Shown here: piece by piece, positions 13,770 through 26,293 of the stretch
How the letters are laid out: each line of letters starts with the position of its first letter
How positions within the stretch are numbered: the stretch's first letter is position 1
Origin: Octopus sinensis
Taxonomy: Eukaryota
Reading direction: 5' to 3'
DNA length: 64,000 nt
NCBI RefSeq assembly: GCF_006345805.1
Contig: NC_043010.1
Coordinates: forward strand, 61,070,001-61,134,000
Notes under the pieces: generated by a model
What the model was told of the DNA's origin: nothing
The model's database searches: none
The model's input: the letters and a program-made list of their open reading frames with translations, nothing else
Made by a program: the position numbers and the translations under genes

Positions 13770-14290
13770 CACGTGTATATATATATATACATACACACAC
13801 ATATATATATACATACATATATATACATAAACATGTATACAGACATAGATATGAAGACACATACACACACGTACGTGTGTGTGTGTGTGTGGTCATTGTC
13901 TACTCCTTATATATATATATATATATATATATACATACATACATATAGATACATATACATACATATATACATATATATATATACATACATATATACATAT
14001 ATATATATACATATACATGTATATATATATATATATACACACACACATATATATATACATACATTTACATACATATATACATGTACATATATGTATATAT
14101 ACACACAAACATATATACATACACATACATATATACATACACATACATATACATACAATACATAGAGATACATACATACACATATATATATATTAACATT
14201 TACACACACACACACACAGACAAACACACACACATATATATATATACATACATATAGACATACACATATACATGCATTTATATATACATA
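13770..14290. repeat. (TA)n/(CA)n/(TACA)n compound microsatellite
   Basis: Direct reading; it is the source of several YI/HT/CV-repeat ORFs. Confidence 0.95.
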
Positions 14291-14930
14291 TATCAACATG
14301 TGGCTGGTGTTAGGAAGGGCCTATAACTCTAAGGATCCGTACCAAAGCAGACATTGGAACCTGGTGCAATCCTTTGGCTGGCCAGCTCCTGTCAAACTGT
14401 CCAACCCATGCCAGCATGGAAGATGGACATTAAATGATGATGGTGATTATATATATGTGTATGTATGTATATGTGTGTGTGTGTGTGTGTGTGTGCGTGT
14501 GCATTAATATTTGTTTTTACGTCAAGTTATATAGAAAAACAATTTAACATTTAAAGATTATTCAATACTCTTCAGAAGAATACATATTCATCAAATATTT
14601 ACAGGACGAATGCTGACAGTGACTTCGAACTCACTATCAACATTGCAAAATAATACATATGTACTCTACAAAAAAGTATTAGCATATATATATATATGTT
14701 TTTATTATTATTTTGCAATTTACTTAATCATCGGTATATTATTGTTATTTTATTTGTAATATTTCTATTATATATAATTTTCTAGATGGTGTAATTTAAT
14801 TGTTCATTTTGAATTGATAAAAGGTGTTTTTTTCTAATTTTTATATATATATATTATATTTTGTGAAATTTGATTTAGTATTTCTAAATTGAATTTTTCC
14901 CTGTAAGTTAGGAATAATATTCCCTCAAAC

Positions 14931-15000
<70 letters not shown>

Positions 15001-15145
15001 CAGAGATGACAAAGGAATAAATGATTATCTTGTGAACTTCAATAGCTTACAGCTGTTTCCACTATATGATGCAGTGGACTTATAGTTGAATAACACCTTA
15101 CAGTTTCATCAGAGCCTCACATATGGAATGTGTTTTATATATGTA

Positions 15146-16244
15146 GAGGGTGTCCCAAAATTAAGGCAACTGAAGTTTCAGGCTTTAATAACTATCAATA
15201 AATGTGATAGGATATGAAAATTATCCATCATTATAAAAGCTTAGTGTGTCTTCCTTTTGTTTCAGACTAAATAAATTCAGATTTATAAATTACATAATGG
15301 CTATAGACTGAAATACAATCATAAGTGTGCAGACCCCTCGGTTTATCAAAAGTACTAGAGAAAAGATACAGCAAAATCCTCATTGTACCATCGGAAAACT
15401 GGTGGTCACAGCAAAAATAGGCTGAACATTGATGCATTTGGTGTTGAAGGAGGATGTCAGGACCCACCCTTACAAGATGATCTGCTATCATGAGTCCACG
15501 TCATAGTCTTATCCTGCATCAAATTACTGAAGGCATGCTGCCCCACCTGGTGTTCACCGATGAAAAGAAATTTGGCATCGAGCAGACAGTAAACCCCCTA
15601 AATGACCAACTTTGGAGTGTGTCTGGCTCCGTTGAGGGTAGACTCATAAATCAACATCAAAATCCAGTCAATTATGGTTTGGGTGGCTGTCACAACCACT
15701 GGAAGGTCTCCCCTCGTTTTTGTATCCTCAGGTATTAAAATTAACACCCTGCGATACATTAGCAAACATTCTGAAAGCTAAACTGCTTCCATAGGCAAAT
15801 AAGCACTTCCAAAGTGCACCTTGGAGCCTCCAACAGGACTCAGCACCATCCCACAACACTGGATTCAGAAAAACACTCTGTTGTTCATAGGCAAGGATGT
15901 ATGGCCCTCAAGCAGTCCCAATCACAACCCGTTAGATTTTTCTGGTTCATTTTGGAGACGAAGGTCTCGAGCACTCCTCATGCTTCGCTCAACACTCTGA
16001 AGGCAAAACTGCACCAAGAATGGACTTCAATTCCTGCAAGAACAGCCACATGCCGTGTGTGAAGCATTCGCACCTAGACTTAAGACTGTGATTCAAAACA
16101 GAGCTGGTCGTATTGAATAAGTGTGGGAGTATTAGGATTGGGTTTCCCTTACCATTGCATTGCAATGCTTGAACCTGAAATATAACAATATTTTGCTTTG
16201 ACAAAATTGAAAAAAGTTGGTTGCCTTAATCTTGGGACACCCTG
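15146..16244 (+). mobile_element. Decayed IS630-Tc1-mariner DNA transposon, probably maT/DD37D type
   Basis: TIRs GAGGGTGTCCCAAAATTAAGGCAAC / GTTGCCTTAATCTTGGGACACCCTG with TA flanks. Broken transposase motifs LVFTDEKKF..N..ND, QQDSAPSH and SPNHNPLDF, where the third catalytic residue is D. Confidence 0.85.
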
Positions 16245-17152
16245 TATATACATACACACACACATACATACACATGCATATATATATAAAATATATTCTT
16301 CAGTGCATACTTCCATATATATATATATATATATAAACACACACACACACACACTGTGTTAGATCTAAAGTAATAGTAGCTCACATACATATTTGTTAGC
16401 GCAGTACATCTGGTAGAAGGGTACATTTAGGGTACAAATGTTCAGTCACTCCTCAGAAATATGAAGAAAACAGGTGGTGGAAGAAGTGGGCTTATATGAC
16501 CATGATGGTAACAGGGGGAATGTGGTCAACTGACATGCTAAAAATAACAGCCAAATCTCTCTGAAATTACACCCTACCATCTTAAATAAGAAAGAATGTG
16601 TTAGGACTTTCCCTGATACACAAAAAAATTAACAGGGATGGTTATATCTGGAACGCCTTTTATCGAATGTCTGCTCAATTAGAGTTAAACAATAACAACA
16701 ATAATAACAACTACAGGAAGGTGGATGGTTCAGCATCGCCGATATTCCATGTTTTCCCTCAGTTTCAAAACCACATTTGACATTACAGGGAGCCTTTACT
16801 CACTGACTCAACCTGCTAGAAATAGTAGCCAAATTCCAGGCCATTTCTACACTATTGTAAACAGGAAACAAGTCTGTATATGTGTATCTATGCACATGTT
16901 TGCCAGTGTTTATATGTGTATACGTGCAGGCTGTATACGCCTGTATTTGTATGCATGTTTGCCTATATATGGATATGTGCAGGTTTTTGTCTATATATGT
17001 ATATGTGTTTACTTATTTTCGTATGTGTGCATGGATGTGTGTATATATTATGCCTGCATTATGCATGTGTGCACGCATATATATGTGTATATGTGTATGT
17101 ATGTAATTATAAATTACGAATATATTCATGTCTATATATACATGTATGAGTT

Positions 17153-17184
<32 letters not shown>

Positions 17185-17702
17185 GGATACAGCAGTGTAC
17201 CATAGATTTGACCCAGCCTATATCAGTGATGGTTAGTAAAAACAATAACAAGAACGTATTTGAAGACACAGTGAGATGGCCATGCTTCAAGTAGCTTGTC
17301 ACTATGATGAGAGTTAGAGAGTTTGTGTGTGTGAGTGAGGGAGAGAGGGGGTTTGGTCTGAAGGAAGCTGGTAGGGCTGTGTTCAAGGCCTTCGCGGGTT
17401 CACTGACACCAGTGAAATAAATGTGCTTCATGTGGCTCTTGAAAAATTGCAAGATGACAGTTGTAGGTAAAACATGGACGACACGGGGAGGATTCCATAG
17501 GGATGACATGGAAGGGGGGGGGGGCAAAGGGCGGGGAGACGAACGAGTCAGAATTGCCTGAGTAGGAGTAGCACAAGATCAGTCAACTCTGAAGAGCAGA
17601 GGCCACGATAGTAGCGGTAGAAAATGTGGAGAGAGAGGACACAACACATGCTAATTTACTGCATCACAGGTAAGTTTGTGATTGTGAAGAAGGGATACAC
17701 GA

Positions 17703-20700
17703 TTAAATAGTGTGCCACAGGTAGTTAGTGACTGATGGAAATTCATGGATAGGTTTCTCAGCTTTGTCTCCTTCCTCTGCGTCTTCTTCTGTCCCTGCCG
17801 TCTCAGCTGACACAATATCTCCACCTTCCTGTAAGACATATTCTTCAGTCTTTGGAGAAACATCACACAACATGGTCAGTTCTTTCTCCCTCGCTTCCGT
17901 ATTGTTCTCATTCGCATTACCATTATCACTGCCGCCGTTATCATGAACCGAATCTTTATGAATTTGCAGCTTCTCCATATTTATAAATTTCCTACCACAG
18001 ATCTCGCAGGGGACAGGGTGTATCCCCATGTGGGTACGCAAGTGGATCTGCAGGGTGTCTTGGCGAGCAAATTTCTGACCACATTTTTCGCAATGGAATG
18101 GTTTCTCTCCGGTGTGTGTTCGTCTGTGAATCACCAAATAATTCCGCTGAGCAAAGTTCTTGTGGCAGATTTCACATTTGAAAGGCTTTTCTCCAGTATG
18201 AATTCGAAGATGAAGCTGCAGTGTATTTCGCTGTGAAAATTGCCTGCTACAATAATCACAACAAAATGGCTTTTCGCCCGAGTGTGTACGCTTGTGAATT
18301 TGAAGTTTGTCTTTCTGGGCAAACAGTTGGTTACAGATCTCACATTGGAATGGTTTTTCACCTGTGTGCGTTCGCTTGTGAACCTGAAGAGTATCTCTAC
18401 GAGCGAAGCGTTTCAGGCACACTTCACAGCTGAATGGTTTCTCTCCAGTATGAACCCGTTGATGAATATGAAGGTAATATTTCTGTGCAAATGGCTTCTG
18501 GCAATAATTACATTTGAATGGTTTCTCGTCTGAGTGCGACTGCATGTGGATGTGCAGATAATAGCGCTGAGCAAACTGTTTCTGACACACGTTGCACTGA
18601 TGCGATTTCTTGCGAATGTGTGTCCGTTTATGGATGTGCAACTTACTTCTCTGTGCAAACATCTTGTGACAAAAGTTACACTCGAACGGCTTTTCACCTG
18701 TGTGAATACGTCTGTGGATAACCAACGTATCTTTACGAGAAAACTTCTGAATACACATGTCACATTGAAATGGTTTCTCACCTGTATGACTACGCCTGTG
18801 AATTTGAAGGTAATCTTTATGGGTAAACTGTTCTTTACAGATATCACATTCATAATGTTTCTGGCCAGTGTGTGTCTTTTGATGGACCTGCAAGTAATGT
18901 CTCTGAGCAAAATGTTTGAAGCATATATCACATTTGAATGGCTTTTCATTGCTGTGAGTCTTTTCATGGATCAGCAAATAATGTTTTTGTGCAAAATGTT
19001 TCAGACAAATATCACACTGGAACGGTCTTTCGCCAGTGTGGGAGCGTCTGTGGATTTGTAGGGAGTCTTTCCGTACAAATTGTTTCGGACAGAGATCACA
19101 GTGGAACGGCTTCTCTCCTGTGTGTATACGGTGATGGATTTGTAAGTAATATCGCTGAGCAAACTGCTTCAGGCAGATCTTACACTGGAAGCTTTTCGCT
19201 GCGGAACCATTGCATTTGGAGTCAAAGTTAGAGTCATGACTATTTGACAAGTGGGGAGAATAATTATCGTTGAGGCTCAATTGAAATGGCTTGTCTTTTT
19301 TAAAATCGTCTTGTAGATCAGACGTTTCTAGGAATGAAGAATTTGCAAGTGAACAGTCGTTATAACTGTTCATGGTACTGAGAGATGGTTTTTCATCATG
19401 GTTGGAATTATTTTCCAGAGACAACTGCATTGGTGGATTCAAGGATTCTTGGAGAAATTCCTCCCCCTCAGTAGAAGTTTTGAGTAAATCAATTGATTTC
19501 TTATCCAAATCTATAAGCACCGGACCGACAGGCTCTTGGTGGTAATCCACAGGATAATCCTCTTTCTTATTGCAAACCAGATCGAGTTCTTTATCCTTAA
19601 CCACTGCATTAGAAATAGAAGACACCACAGGAGTGGAATGGTACACTGTTTCAGATGACAGATCATTGGAACCAACATTATTGAGCATTGATTTCTTTGA
19701 CACATCCAAAGGAGCATTTTGGTAATCAGAACTGTCGGCCATTTGTTTATTGTAAATGCTGGATTGAAATGTCTGAGTATGTTTATTTGGCATGAAGTGG
19801 TACCAGCTGGGTAAATTTTTGTCCCTTACAAAGCTGCTATGAACAGATATTGGTGGGTTGCTGTAGTCTTTGGGATAAATATTTTTGTCGTTGGCTTGAT
19901 GTGCTTGACTTATCTGAGACTTGGAAGTATAAAGGTGATTGCTAGTAGAAAAATCTTTACCGTCATACCGGTTACTAGAAATACCGTCTTTACCGATATT
20001 ATGTAAGAGATCTTTGTTGTAATGTTTATTGTCAATGGTGCTTTCTGTGTTAGAATAAAACTTAGCGGTCTTCATACTCTGGGAATATTCCCTGTTTTGT
20101 CTGCGATGGGATGATTTGTATGAAATTTGCTTCAATATGGGATATGTGTACCTTTGTATGGTCTCTTTAGAATAGTTGCTCTGAGATGAATCTTTAGTAA
20201 TTTCTGGAGATATCGAAGAATGTTGTTCCAAGTTGTTGGACAGATCTTCTTTGTAACTGCTATTTTGGTAGATTTTGTTGGTGCTGTCTTGACTTCTGGA
20301 TGTTGGAAGCCGTTGAGAGTAATCTTTAGGATAGGCATCACTTTGAGGCATTTTGCTGCTTGTTGTGGAACGAGATTTGTGATGCTGAGATTTCGAGTAT
20401 CTCAGAGAAAGATCTTTAGAATATAGGTCATTGTTCTGCACAGTTTTCTCGAGGCCAGAGGACATTCTTTGAGACAAATACGAATGTCTTTGGGCAAGTT
20501 CTTTGGAGTACAAATTTGAATGGAAAGCTTTTTCAACAAGATGGGGCAAATGTAAGGAAGATCTTTGGGCAAATTCTTTCAAATACATATTGGTATAAAA
20601 TGCTGTGTTATCAACTGCGTATGGAAGGCCAGTGATTGGTAAACTAGGTCTGCCATAAATATCAATTGGAAATGTTGGCTTCTCCATCAAGTTTGAAAAT

Positions 20701-20786
20701 TTCTGCATCTGTAAATTGTGTCTTTGGGGACAGTCTTGTCCACAAATCTTTGAACACAAACTTTTGTTGTCCGTATACTGTTCCAT
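17703..20786 (-). CDS. C2H2 zinc-finger protein, 1027 aa, 15 tandem fingers (aa ~533-948), single coding exon
   Basis: Uninterrupted 3084-bp ORF with 15 CxxC...HxxxH units at 28-aa spacing, mostly TGEKPF-type linkers, and an acidic C-terminal tail. Coleoid genomes are known for expanded C2H2 families. Confidence 0.96.
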   Translation of the reverse strand: MEQYTDNKSLCSKICGQDCPQRHNLQMQKFSNLMEKPTFPIDIYGRPSLPITGLPYAVDNTAFYTNMYLKEFAQRSSLHLPHLVEKAFHSNLYSKELAQRHSYLSQRMSSGLEKTVQNNDLYSKDLSLRYSKSQHHKSRSTTSSKMPQSDAYPKDYSQRLPTSRSQDSTNKIYQNSSYKEDLSNNLEQHSSISPEITKDSSQSNYSKETIQRYTYPILKQISYKSSHRRQNREYSQSMKTAKFYSNTESTIDNKHYNKDLLHNIGKDGISSNRYDGKDFSTSNHLYTSKSQISQAHQANDKNIYPKDYSNPPISVHSSFVRDKNLPSWYHFMPNKHTQTFQSSIYNKQMADSSDYQNAPLDVSKKSMLNNVGSNDLSSETVYHSTPVVSSISNAVVKDKELDLVCNKKEDYPVDYHQEPVGPVLIDLDKKSIDLLKTSTEGEEFLQESLNPPMQLSLENNSNHDEKPSLSTMNSYNDCSLANSSFLETSDLQDDFKKDKPFQLSLNDNYSPHLSNSHDSNFDSKCNGSAAKSFQCKICLKQFAQRYYLQIHHRIHTGEKPFHCDLCPKQFVRKDSLQIHRRSHTGERPFQCDICLKHFAQKHYLLIHEKTHSNEKPFKCDICFKHFAQRHYLQVHQKTHTGQKHYECDICKEQFTHKDYLQIHRRSHTGEKPFQCDMCIQKFSRKDTLVIHRRIHTGEKPFECNFCHKMFAQRSKLHIHKRTHIRKKSHQCNVCQKQFAQRYYLHIHMQSHSDEKPFKCNYCQKPFAQKYYLHIHQRVHTGEKPFSCEVCLKRFARRDTLQVHKRTHTGEKPFQCEICNQLFAQKDKLQIHKRTHSGEKPFCCDYCSRQFSQRNTLQLHLRIHTGEKPFKCEICHKNFAQRNYLVIHRRTHTGEKPFHCEKCGQKFARQDTLQIHLRTHMGIHPVPCEICGRKFINMEKLQIHKDSVHDNGGSDNGNANENNTEAREKELTMLCDVSPKTEEYVLQEGGDIVSAETAGTEEDAEEGDKAEKPIHEFPSVTNYLWHTI

Positions 20787-20990
20787 GTTAACATCAGCAG
20801 TGAAACATCAGCTTAAGACAACAAACTGAGCTGCAAGAAGTGAAGATATTTCACTGTTTGGATTGGCTGAGCCTTGCTTTATTTTTCTTCAAAACTTTGT
20901 AAAGAATAATTTACCAGAATTCAAATACCTCCAACTGGTTTTTATTTCACAGTTTGCAATTTGGAATCTAAAATAGGAAGAAAGAATCAC
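20787..20990 (-). promoter_or_regulatory. Candidate 3' splice site and 5'UTR part of the ZNF coding exon
   Basis: Minus strand reads TTCTTTCTTCCTATTTTAG|ATTCC (AG at 20968-20969), 181 nt upstream of the ATG. Confidence 0.55.
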
Positions 20991-21609
20991 AAATATTAGA
21001 AGAATAGAAAACTGTAATTGTTGGTTAAAATAAACACCAAAATCTGAGGGATCACACTTCTTGACCCTTTCCCCCACATGGTTATACATCAGTGCACACA
21101 CACACACACACTCTCTCTCTCTGCTGTTCCTTAATATCACTATTATTGAGCATATTCAACATTTCTGGACACTGTCCATCTCTATGTTTCTCTACCCTGA
21201 CAGAACACCCCAATCTACCCGTTTCTGACTTCTATTATTTCTATAACATTTGCATGGCATCAGAACTTTTTGCTTTTCTATTCTTTCTTCTACAACTTGA
21301 CAAAGAACCTGTACCTGCAACACCAATATTTCCCCTGACATTGTATTTATTTTCATTTTCTTGGGAAATGGTTAAAATGGAATAAAACTGGCAAAACTGC
21401 ATCGCAAAAACACAAAAGCTGAACAAAATATTTTGTCGTGAGGAAAAATAGACATTAAAGGTATCAAGCAGATCCTTTCACCATGAATAGAAGAATGTTT
21501 ACTGGGGAGGGTGGATAAATAGAAGGTGGTGGGGGAGGAAGGGGGAGATAACAAGTGTTAGTACGAGGGTAACAACCAGAGCAGATTCATATGCATTCGT
21601 GTGTGTGTG

Positions 21610-21640
<31 letters not shown>

Positions 21641-21961
21641 CTACATAAATATGTTCCTCTTATCTTACCCTCCCACACAAATCTTCCCCACCTAGAATTA
21701 TCATACCCTTTCTCTTCTAATTCTTTAAGGCTCACTTAAGGCCCTTCATCTTGAAAGTTATAAAGTAATCTTCACCAGTGCTGGTACTTAGTAAAAAAGC
21801 ACCCAGTCCACATTGTAAAGCAGCTGGCATTATAGGCATCCAACCATAGCAGATATTGGAGCATGATGTGATCCTCCATCTCACTGGATCCTGTTGGAAG
21901 CTCTTTGATTGGATTCAGTAAGCAGAAACCGGAGACCCATTGTGTGAGTGTGTGTGTGTGT

Positions 21962-22000
<39 letters not shown>

Positions 22001-25000
22001 ACGTCTAATGATACTTGTATATGAGTGTCACTGTCACACAATTGGTGTCCTTTGTTTCCAGTCTTTCATGAAGAAATGTCCAACCATAGGAAAGTATAAC
22101 CAGTTTTGGAAAAATGAAGGTTAGCAACAGGAAGGGCATCCAGGCATAGAAAATCTGCTTTAACCATGAAAGCATGGGAATTCCATCTGGCCTAAGCAAG
22201 TATGGAAAGATGGGAATGTGAAAATGATGATAAATATACATACATATATACACACAAGCATGCAGGCTTGTGTGCATATTTTCCCTGTTACCCCTCCACC
22301 TAACACTTGCTTCCCTCAATCACCTCCCCGTTCTTCACCATTATAACAATTCTCTCTCACTACTCACAATCTCTATATCCACCACTTCCCTACTGCCACA
22401 ATCACCACCATGGTTCTGCCAGAAACTGTAGGCTTCTCTTTCGCACAGAAAAATCATTTATCCCATTCTGTGAACCATTCCTATCCACCATTCACCAAAA
22501 TAGACCCCCTTCAGGCTCCCTTGCCTCGCTAACACCAAAAGGGGACCACTTACCTGTCTAGTCTCCAACACAAGTCACTCATGATTGTATTCCAGCTGTG
22601 ACGAATGCTGCAATTAATTAAAACATATATAAACAAACATAGATATAAATATATAAAGACAATAATAATGTTTTCTTTATCAAATATAAAAATTATGACA
22701 AAGAGAGATAAAAACAGATAATATATCTGACACTCAAATTGAAATTGTGTGTATGTGCCTTGTTTTTAGTCTTTTCAACTTATATACCCTTAGATATAAG
22801 CCCTTTTGCAGGAAATAACAGCTGAATACATGAATGTGAAAGGAAACAATTTCTTTTTTTTTTTTTTTTTTTTTTATTTCATCTAGTTTCAGCTCACGAG
22901 CTGTGGCCATGCTGGGGCACCACCATTTGGTGTTACTACATGATTTTACTTCACGAATGCTTTTTAGCAATTGACATTTGGTGCATGAGAGAGTCTGATG
23001 CAGCTGCCCTCATCTGCACCTCTTGCCGCGAAGTTGGTTCATCTGGGACACCTGACAGGAAGGGGTCCAGCTTTATGTGTACATGAAGATGAAGACAAAG
23101 ATGCCCATCCAAGTCTGTCTTTGCAAAACCTTGAAAGGGGTTCTGTCACACTCAACATAGATTTCTGGTTAAATTGGTTACAATGATGAGGGTTCAAATT
23201 GATGCAATCAACAGAAGAGTTTGCTCATGAAATTTATGTGGAAATGATCAAGAACTCCACAGACACACGTACTCTTCGTGTAGTTCTCAGGGAGATTCAA
23301 AACGACACAAGATGTGACAAGGCTGGACTTGGAATTACAGATACAACATTTTTTTCTGGCTGAGTGAACTGGAGCAACATGAAAATAAAGTGTCTTGCTC
23401 AAGGACATAATATGTCACAGGGTAATGAATTCATGGCCTTACGATGATGAGCCAAATACCCTTACTTCCAAGTCACAAGCTTCAAGATTTCTGCTTAACT
23501 TACAGAGAGATTAACTTGTTGCCAACATGAACCCAGACTAATTTTCATCCAATTCTAATGTTCTACAAAGCAGATAATTAGTTTGATAATTTTGTATTTC
23601 TAATGGGAATTGTTTATTTATTTTAGTTTATCAATTAAGCCTTTCTGATATAAACTAATCTTTTATTGAGGAAATATAATTTTTATGATATAAAATAATT
23701 CCTGCAAAGAATTGAAAAAAATAGCATGCAGAAACACACAGGTTACTGTTCAACTGATGCCAGCAGGGAACATCTACATTAAATGATAACCACAATGATA
23801 ATGATGATTGTCAGAATTTTGGAAAATGACCGATTCAAGAGCAACAAGTCTAAGTTTCCATGTCCCATATCAAACAACAAGTAAATGTGGAATAAGATTT
23901 GAAACTAATCTTAAATCCTGAAGTTTTTCTTCATTATATCTATAATATTCAGTGAATATATTATTCTGGTCAAGATTCAGCTGAAGAGAGAATATGACAA
24001 TTTGTCTGTTCCTACCACACGGGTAGGCAGAACATCATTCTATTATCCAGTTTTCAGTCCTAAACTCAGCCCAACAACAGATATCTAACTCGTCATAGAA
24101 GATATTAGAGATATGAATAGGTTAACATCATTAATATGTAAGGTTAAGGTAAGGTGGTGGGGCTGGCAGAATTGTTATTTGCATATCAACAAGAATCCGT
24201 GGCCACATTTGGTTGCCAAAGTTTGAGGCTATCAAATGAAACCAGACTCAAATGAAAATGTTCAAAGTCACTGCAAAACAGTTAAACTGTGGTCAACAAA
24301 TGGACAGAGGACAGCCGAAATTATTATTAAACAAGTTTTTAAAGAAACAAGGAATGAAAATTCATATTATATCATTCTGTCTTGGGAATCTGTATTTCTG
24401 CAAAAATGAGAGACCCTTAAAAATTGAAACTAGGGGGAAATGCATGTTTGTTGATAGCTTAGGACTACAATAGAGACTATGACAGAGGTTATCATCTTTT
24501 GAAACCATAAACACAACAATGAACAAACACTTTGATCAGGTGAGTCCAGGTAAGGGACATTGCTTCTAGTGATGAGGAGAACACTTCATCAGAAACCAGT
24601 TTTATTAACACTTCAACATTTAAACCAGCCACATCCGGCCACAGTAATCTACCTGTTTTATCTTCAGATGGCCAGATCCAGCCTCTCACAACTACCCTAC
24701 AATATTATTCTAAAAATTAGCAATCACATCATTGAAATCTCAAAGCTACATGCTGACACATGACGAATTGAAATCAATGTGGCTGGATAAGAATTATATT
24801 TTAAAGAGAAATTTGATGTGCTAAATGGTTAAAGAAAGATCTGCTGACATGGACATTAATTCTGTAATGGCTCAACAGCCAGCATTAGAAATTTCTATAT
24901 GAAAGAGATCTGGCATTTGGTAGATATCGTAGACTATTTGAATGAAGAAATAGCCAATGGCAATATAAACGGTTTCAGATAATTCCTGCAACATTGGCCG

Positions 25001-25687
25001 CAGCTGAACGAACCACTTTCTCTTGTGAAATGAGTAAAGTCATGTCTTTGGTTTAGAAAGATTAAATTCTCCGGTGGCTACAATTTTGTATCACAAAGGA
25101 TGGACAGACAAAATAAATCCAATCACAGTTGCCGAGGAATTCGCTTCTCCAAATGAGATTAAGCAAAACAATATTGGCAGATTCTGATTGGCTTAACAAG
25201 AAATTGAGTTAAATAACGAAGTTTTATAATTGCAACTGGATTTCCCAATTGTCATCGTGTAAATATTTTATTATCCATACCTTATAAATATTAATCAACC
25301 TGCAAACCTCTCAGTCACAAAATATTACAGGTTGTGACTGGAGAGAAATCCTATTTTCACCTCAGGCTTCTGGCCACGATTTGCCTTTTAATGTAAGTTT
25401 ACATAAAGTAAATTTGCTACAAATGTCCACATAAAGTGGGGAGATTAGCAAAGATTTTGGCCATTTTGGATAGAAACTAACACATTCTGTTTATCCCATC
25501 ACACACACACACATAAAAACAGCTCCATGGTACCATATGTAATATATATATGTATATATAAAATACCATACACATAATACATACACACACACACACAACC
25601 AAGGTAAATTTGAATTTAGTAAAATTCAGTCACATGTTTGTGAATGTGTGTGTGTATAAAATGTATGCATGTGTGTGTTTGTGTGCA

Positions 25688-25724
<37 letters not shown>

Positions 25725-25726
<2 letters not shown>

Positions 25727-26039
25727 CGGTGGCACATATATATATATATGTGTCGTGGCACATAAAAAACACCATCGAGCGTGGCCGTCTGCCAGCCTCG
25801 TCTGGCACCTGTGTCGGTGGCACATAAAAAACACCATCCGAGCGTGGCCGTTTGCCAGCCTCGTCTGGCACCTGTGTCGGGGCACATAAAATCACCCCTA
25901 CACTCTCGGAGTGGTTGGCGTTAGGAAGGGCATCCAGCTGTAGAAACACTGCCAGATCTGACTGGACTGGTGCAGCTTTCGGCTCCCCAGACCCCAGTTG
26001 AACCGTCCAACCCATGCTAGCATGAAAGCGGACGTTAAT

Positions 26040-26070
<31 letters not shown>
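25725..26070 (+). mobile_element. SINE with RTE-like 3' tail and internal ~62-bp duplications
   Basis: Repeated GTGGCACATAAAAAACACCATC.GAGCGTGGCCG..TGCCAGCCTCGTCTGGCACC units, then the family tail and (GAT)n. Confidence 0.75.
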
Positions 26071-26127
26071 ATCGCCACAATAGATCGTTAGCCACTACAC
26101 ACATTTTTTTCTCTCCTTGTTTTTTGT

Positions 26128-26169
26128 GTCCCTTTCTGTAGAAGAGCGTAGGCTCGAAACGTAAAAGAC
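26128..26169 (+). ncRNA. Minimal hammerhead ribozyme-like motif with variant core, inside a pLTR-type repeat (26072-26260)
   Basis: CTTT-CTGTAGA-A-GAGC(GTAG)GCTC-GAAA-CGTA-AAAG: 4-bp helix II, 4-bp helix I, palindromic ACGU stem III, GUA triplet. The core is CUGUAGA rather than CUGANGA. Confidence 0.5.
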
Positions 26170-26254
26170 TTTTTCTATTCCTGAGCGTTATACTAATACA
26201 TCTGTTTGTTTTGTACAACACCTGTCTTCGTCTTTTGTTTTTTTCGTAAACTCT

Positions 26255-26293
<39 letters not shown>

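Noticed and set aside
17943-19231. Plus-strand and alternative-frame ORFs overlapping the ZNF gene
   Set aside because: Shadow ORFs of the repetitive finger codons.
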